Shown: in pieces, positions 62,554-64,000 of the stretch | Layout: every line of letters starts with the position of its first letter | How positions within the stretch are numbered: the first letter of the stretch is position 1 | From: Candidatus Delongbacteria bacterium | Lineage (GTDB): Bacteria; CAIWAD01 | Direction: 5' to 3' | NCBI GenBank assembly: GCA_963663545.1 | Contig: OY760505.1 | Location: 1,888,001-1,952,000 of the forward strand | Length of the DNA: 64,000 nucleotides | Notes under the pieces: model-generated | What the model was told of the DNA's origin: nothing | The model's input: the letters and a program-made list of their open reading frames with translations, nothing else | Database searches by the model: none | Position numbers and translations under genes: made by a program

Positions 62554-64000
62554 GTGTATAATCCCGCGAATCCGCTAATCGTGCAAAGTGACCGCACGGT
62601 TTTTCTGGAAACAGCCAACCCGCATTACGAAGATGCCCGTGATGATTTGGCGCGCTTCGCCGAGCTGGATAAAAGTCCCGAGCATCTTCATACCTATCGT
62701 ATCACGCCATTGTCGCTGTGGAATGCAGCCAGCAGCGGTATGAGCTCCGGCGAGATCATCAACCTGCTCAATCGCTACTCCAAATACGAAGTGCCCACCA
62801 ACGTCGTGGAGGATATTCGCGAGGTCGTTGGTCGCTACGGGCGTGTCAAGCTGCTGCAGTCAGATCGGGAAGGAATGCTGCTGCTCGAGAGCGCCGATGA
62901 GCTTTTGATGCTAGAGCTTTCGCGGCACAAAACCGTCGCGCCCTTGCTGGGTGAGCAACTGAGCCCAACACAGATTCTTGCACCGGCCATGCAGCGTGGC
63001 CATTTGAAGCAAGCGCTGATCAAAATCGGCTTCCCGGTCGAAGATCTCGCGGGCTACACCAAAGGGCAACCGCTGGAGATTCAGCTTCGTGAGACAACGC
63101 GGACCGGTCGTCCTTTCGAGCTTCGCCGCTATCAGCAGGACGCTGTCGGTGTTTTCTGGGCGGGTGGTGATCAACGTGGTGGCAGCGGTGTGCTTGTATT
63201 GCCCTGCGGAGCTGGCAAAACCGTTATCGGCATTGCTGCTATGCAGAAGGTGGGAATGCATACGCTGGTGCTAACGACCAACGTGACGGCACTAAGGCAG
63301 TGGCGTAGCGAAGTATTGGATAAAACAGATCTTAGCGCAGACCAGATTGCTGAGTATTCGGGCGAGACCAAAGAGATTCGCCCCGTGACCATTGCCACCT
63401 ATCAGATTCTGACCTATCGCAAAAATAAGCAAAGCCCCTTTGTGCACTTCAAGCTCTTCAACGAGCACAACTGGGGTCTCATCATTTATGACGAGGTGCA
63501 TCTGCTTCCCGCGCCGGTGTTTCGCGCGGTTGCGGAGATTCAGAGCAGGCGTCGTCTGGGGCTAACCGCCACACTGGTCCGCGAGGACAACAAAGAGGAC
63601 GATGTGTTCTCGCTCATTGGACCCAAAAAGATGGATGTGCCCTGGAAGGAGCTCGAACGCCAAGGCTGGATTGCCGAGGCGACCTGCATCGAGTATCGCT
63701 TGCCAATGGATAATGAACTGAGATTGGAATATGCGCTTGCCGAAACACGCCGCAAGTATACCGTGGCGTCGACCAATCCGCTGAAGATCGAGGTGATACT
63801 CCATTTGCTTGAAAAGCATAAGCATGACCGCGTGCTAGTGATTGGTCAGTTCATCGATCAACTCAAAGAGATCGCACATATTCTGGATGCACCGCTGATT
63901 ACGGGTAGTGTGCGCAATGCCCAACGTGAAGAGCTCTTTGCCCGTTTTCGCAGAGGTGATTTCAAGGTGCTCGTTGTGTCCAAGGTGGCCAACTTCGCCG
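62554..64000 (+). CDS. XPB/Rad25-like SF2 DNA helicase, 3'-truncated (absent from the ORF track)
   Basis: GGAGG RBS and GTG 62554: MYNPANPLIVQSDRTVFLE...FAELDKSPEH; LPCGAGKT; DEVH; LGLTATL.RED. Confidence 0.93.
   Translation, partial: MYNPANPLIVQSDRTVFLETANPHYEDARDDLARFAELDKSPEHLHTYRITPLSLWNAASSGMSSGEIINLLNRYSKYEVPTNVVEDIREVVGRYGRVKLLQSDREGMLLLESADELLMLELSRHKTVAPLLGEQLSPTQILAPAMQRGHLKQALIKIGFPVEDLAGYTKGQPLEIQLRETTRTGRPFELRRYQQDAVGVFWAGGDQRGGSGVLVLPCGAGKTVIGIAAMQKVGMHTLVLTTNVTALRQWRSEVLDKTDLSADQIAEYSGETKEIRPVTIATYQILTYRKNKQSPFVHFKLFNEHNWGLIIYDEVHLLPAPVFRAVAEIQSRRRLGLTATLVREDNKEDDVFSLIGPKKMDVPWKELERQGWIAEATCIEYRLPMDNELRLEYALAETRRKYTVASTNPLKIEVILHLLEKHKHDRVLVIGQFIDQLKEIAHILDAPLITGSVRNAQREELFARFRRGDFKVLVVSKVANFA

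Overview
Replication-origin region of a GC-rich diderm bacterium, probably of the FCB superphylum (inferred from T9SS/FlgD-type 'AYPNPFNP' C-terminal domains and FadL/PorV-like barrels). The core holds dnaA-dnaN-recF-dciA-gyrB-gyrA (minus strand). A likely oriC lies between dnaA and dnaN, with DnaA boxes and DnaA-trio-like repeats. A displaced rpmH-rnpA-yidD-yidC-mnmE-mnmG-rsmG-mfd-PPIase-carbonic anhydrase block (plus strand) carries two intragenic parS sites, but no parAB follows. hrcA-grpE-dnaJ lacks dnaK and runs into comEA and two pilus-like hypotheticals. The left flank has a mosaic T9SS cargo gene with a duplicated CTD cassette, a DUF1016 gene with an in-frame TAG, and a DUF485-actP locus with a PHP-Cache-PAS-CBS-DUF294 fusion. 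The right flank has an orphan GlmL-like ATPase cluster interrupted by an ATPase gene flanked by a duplicated terminator, and an XPB helicase. The most striking unexplained signal is a strongly over-represented, non-polar heptamer, GTGAYAC/GTRTCAC (roughly 110 copies by manual count). It occurs inside genes in several frames and at gene borders, and is missing from several multi-kb stretches, including the parS zone. All calls come from reading the sequence; no searches were run.
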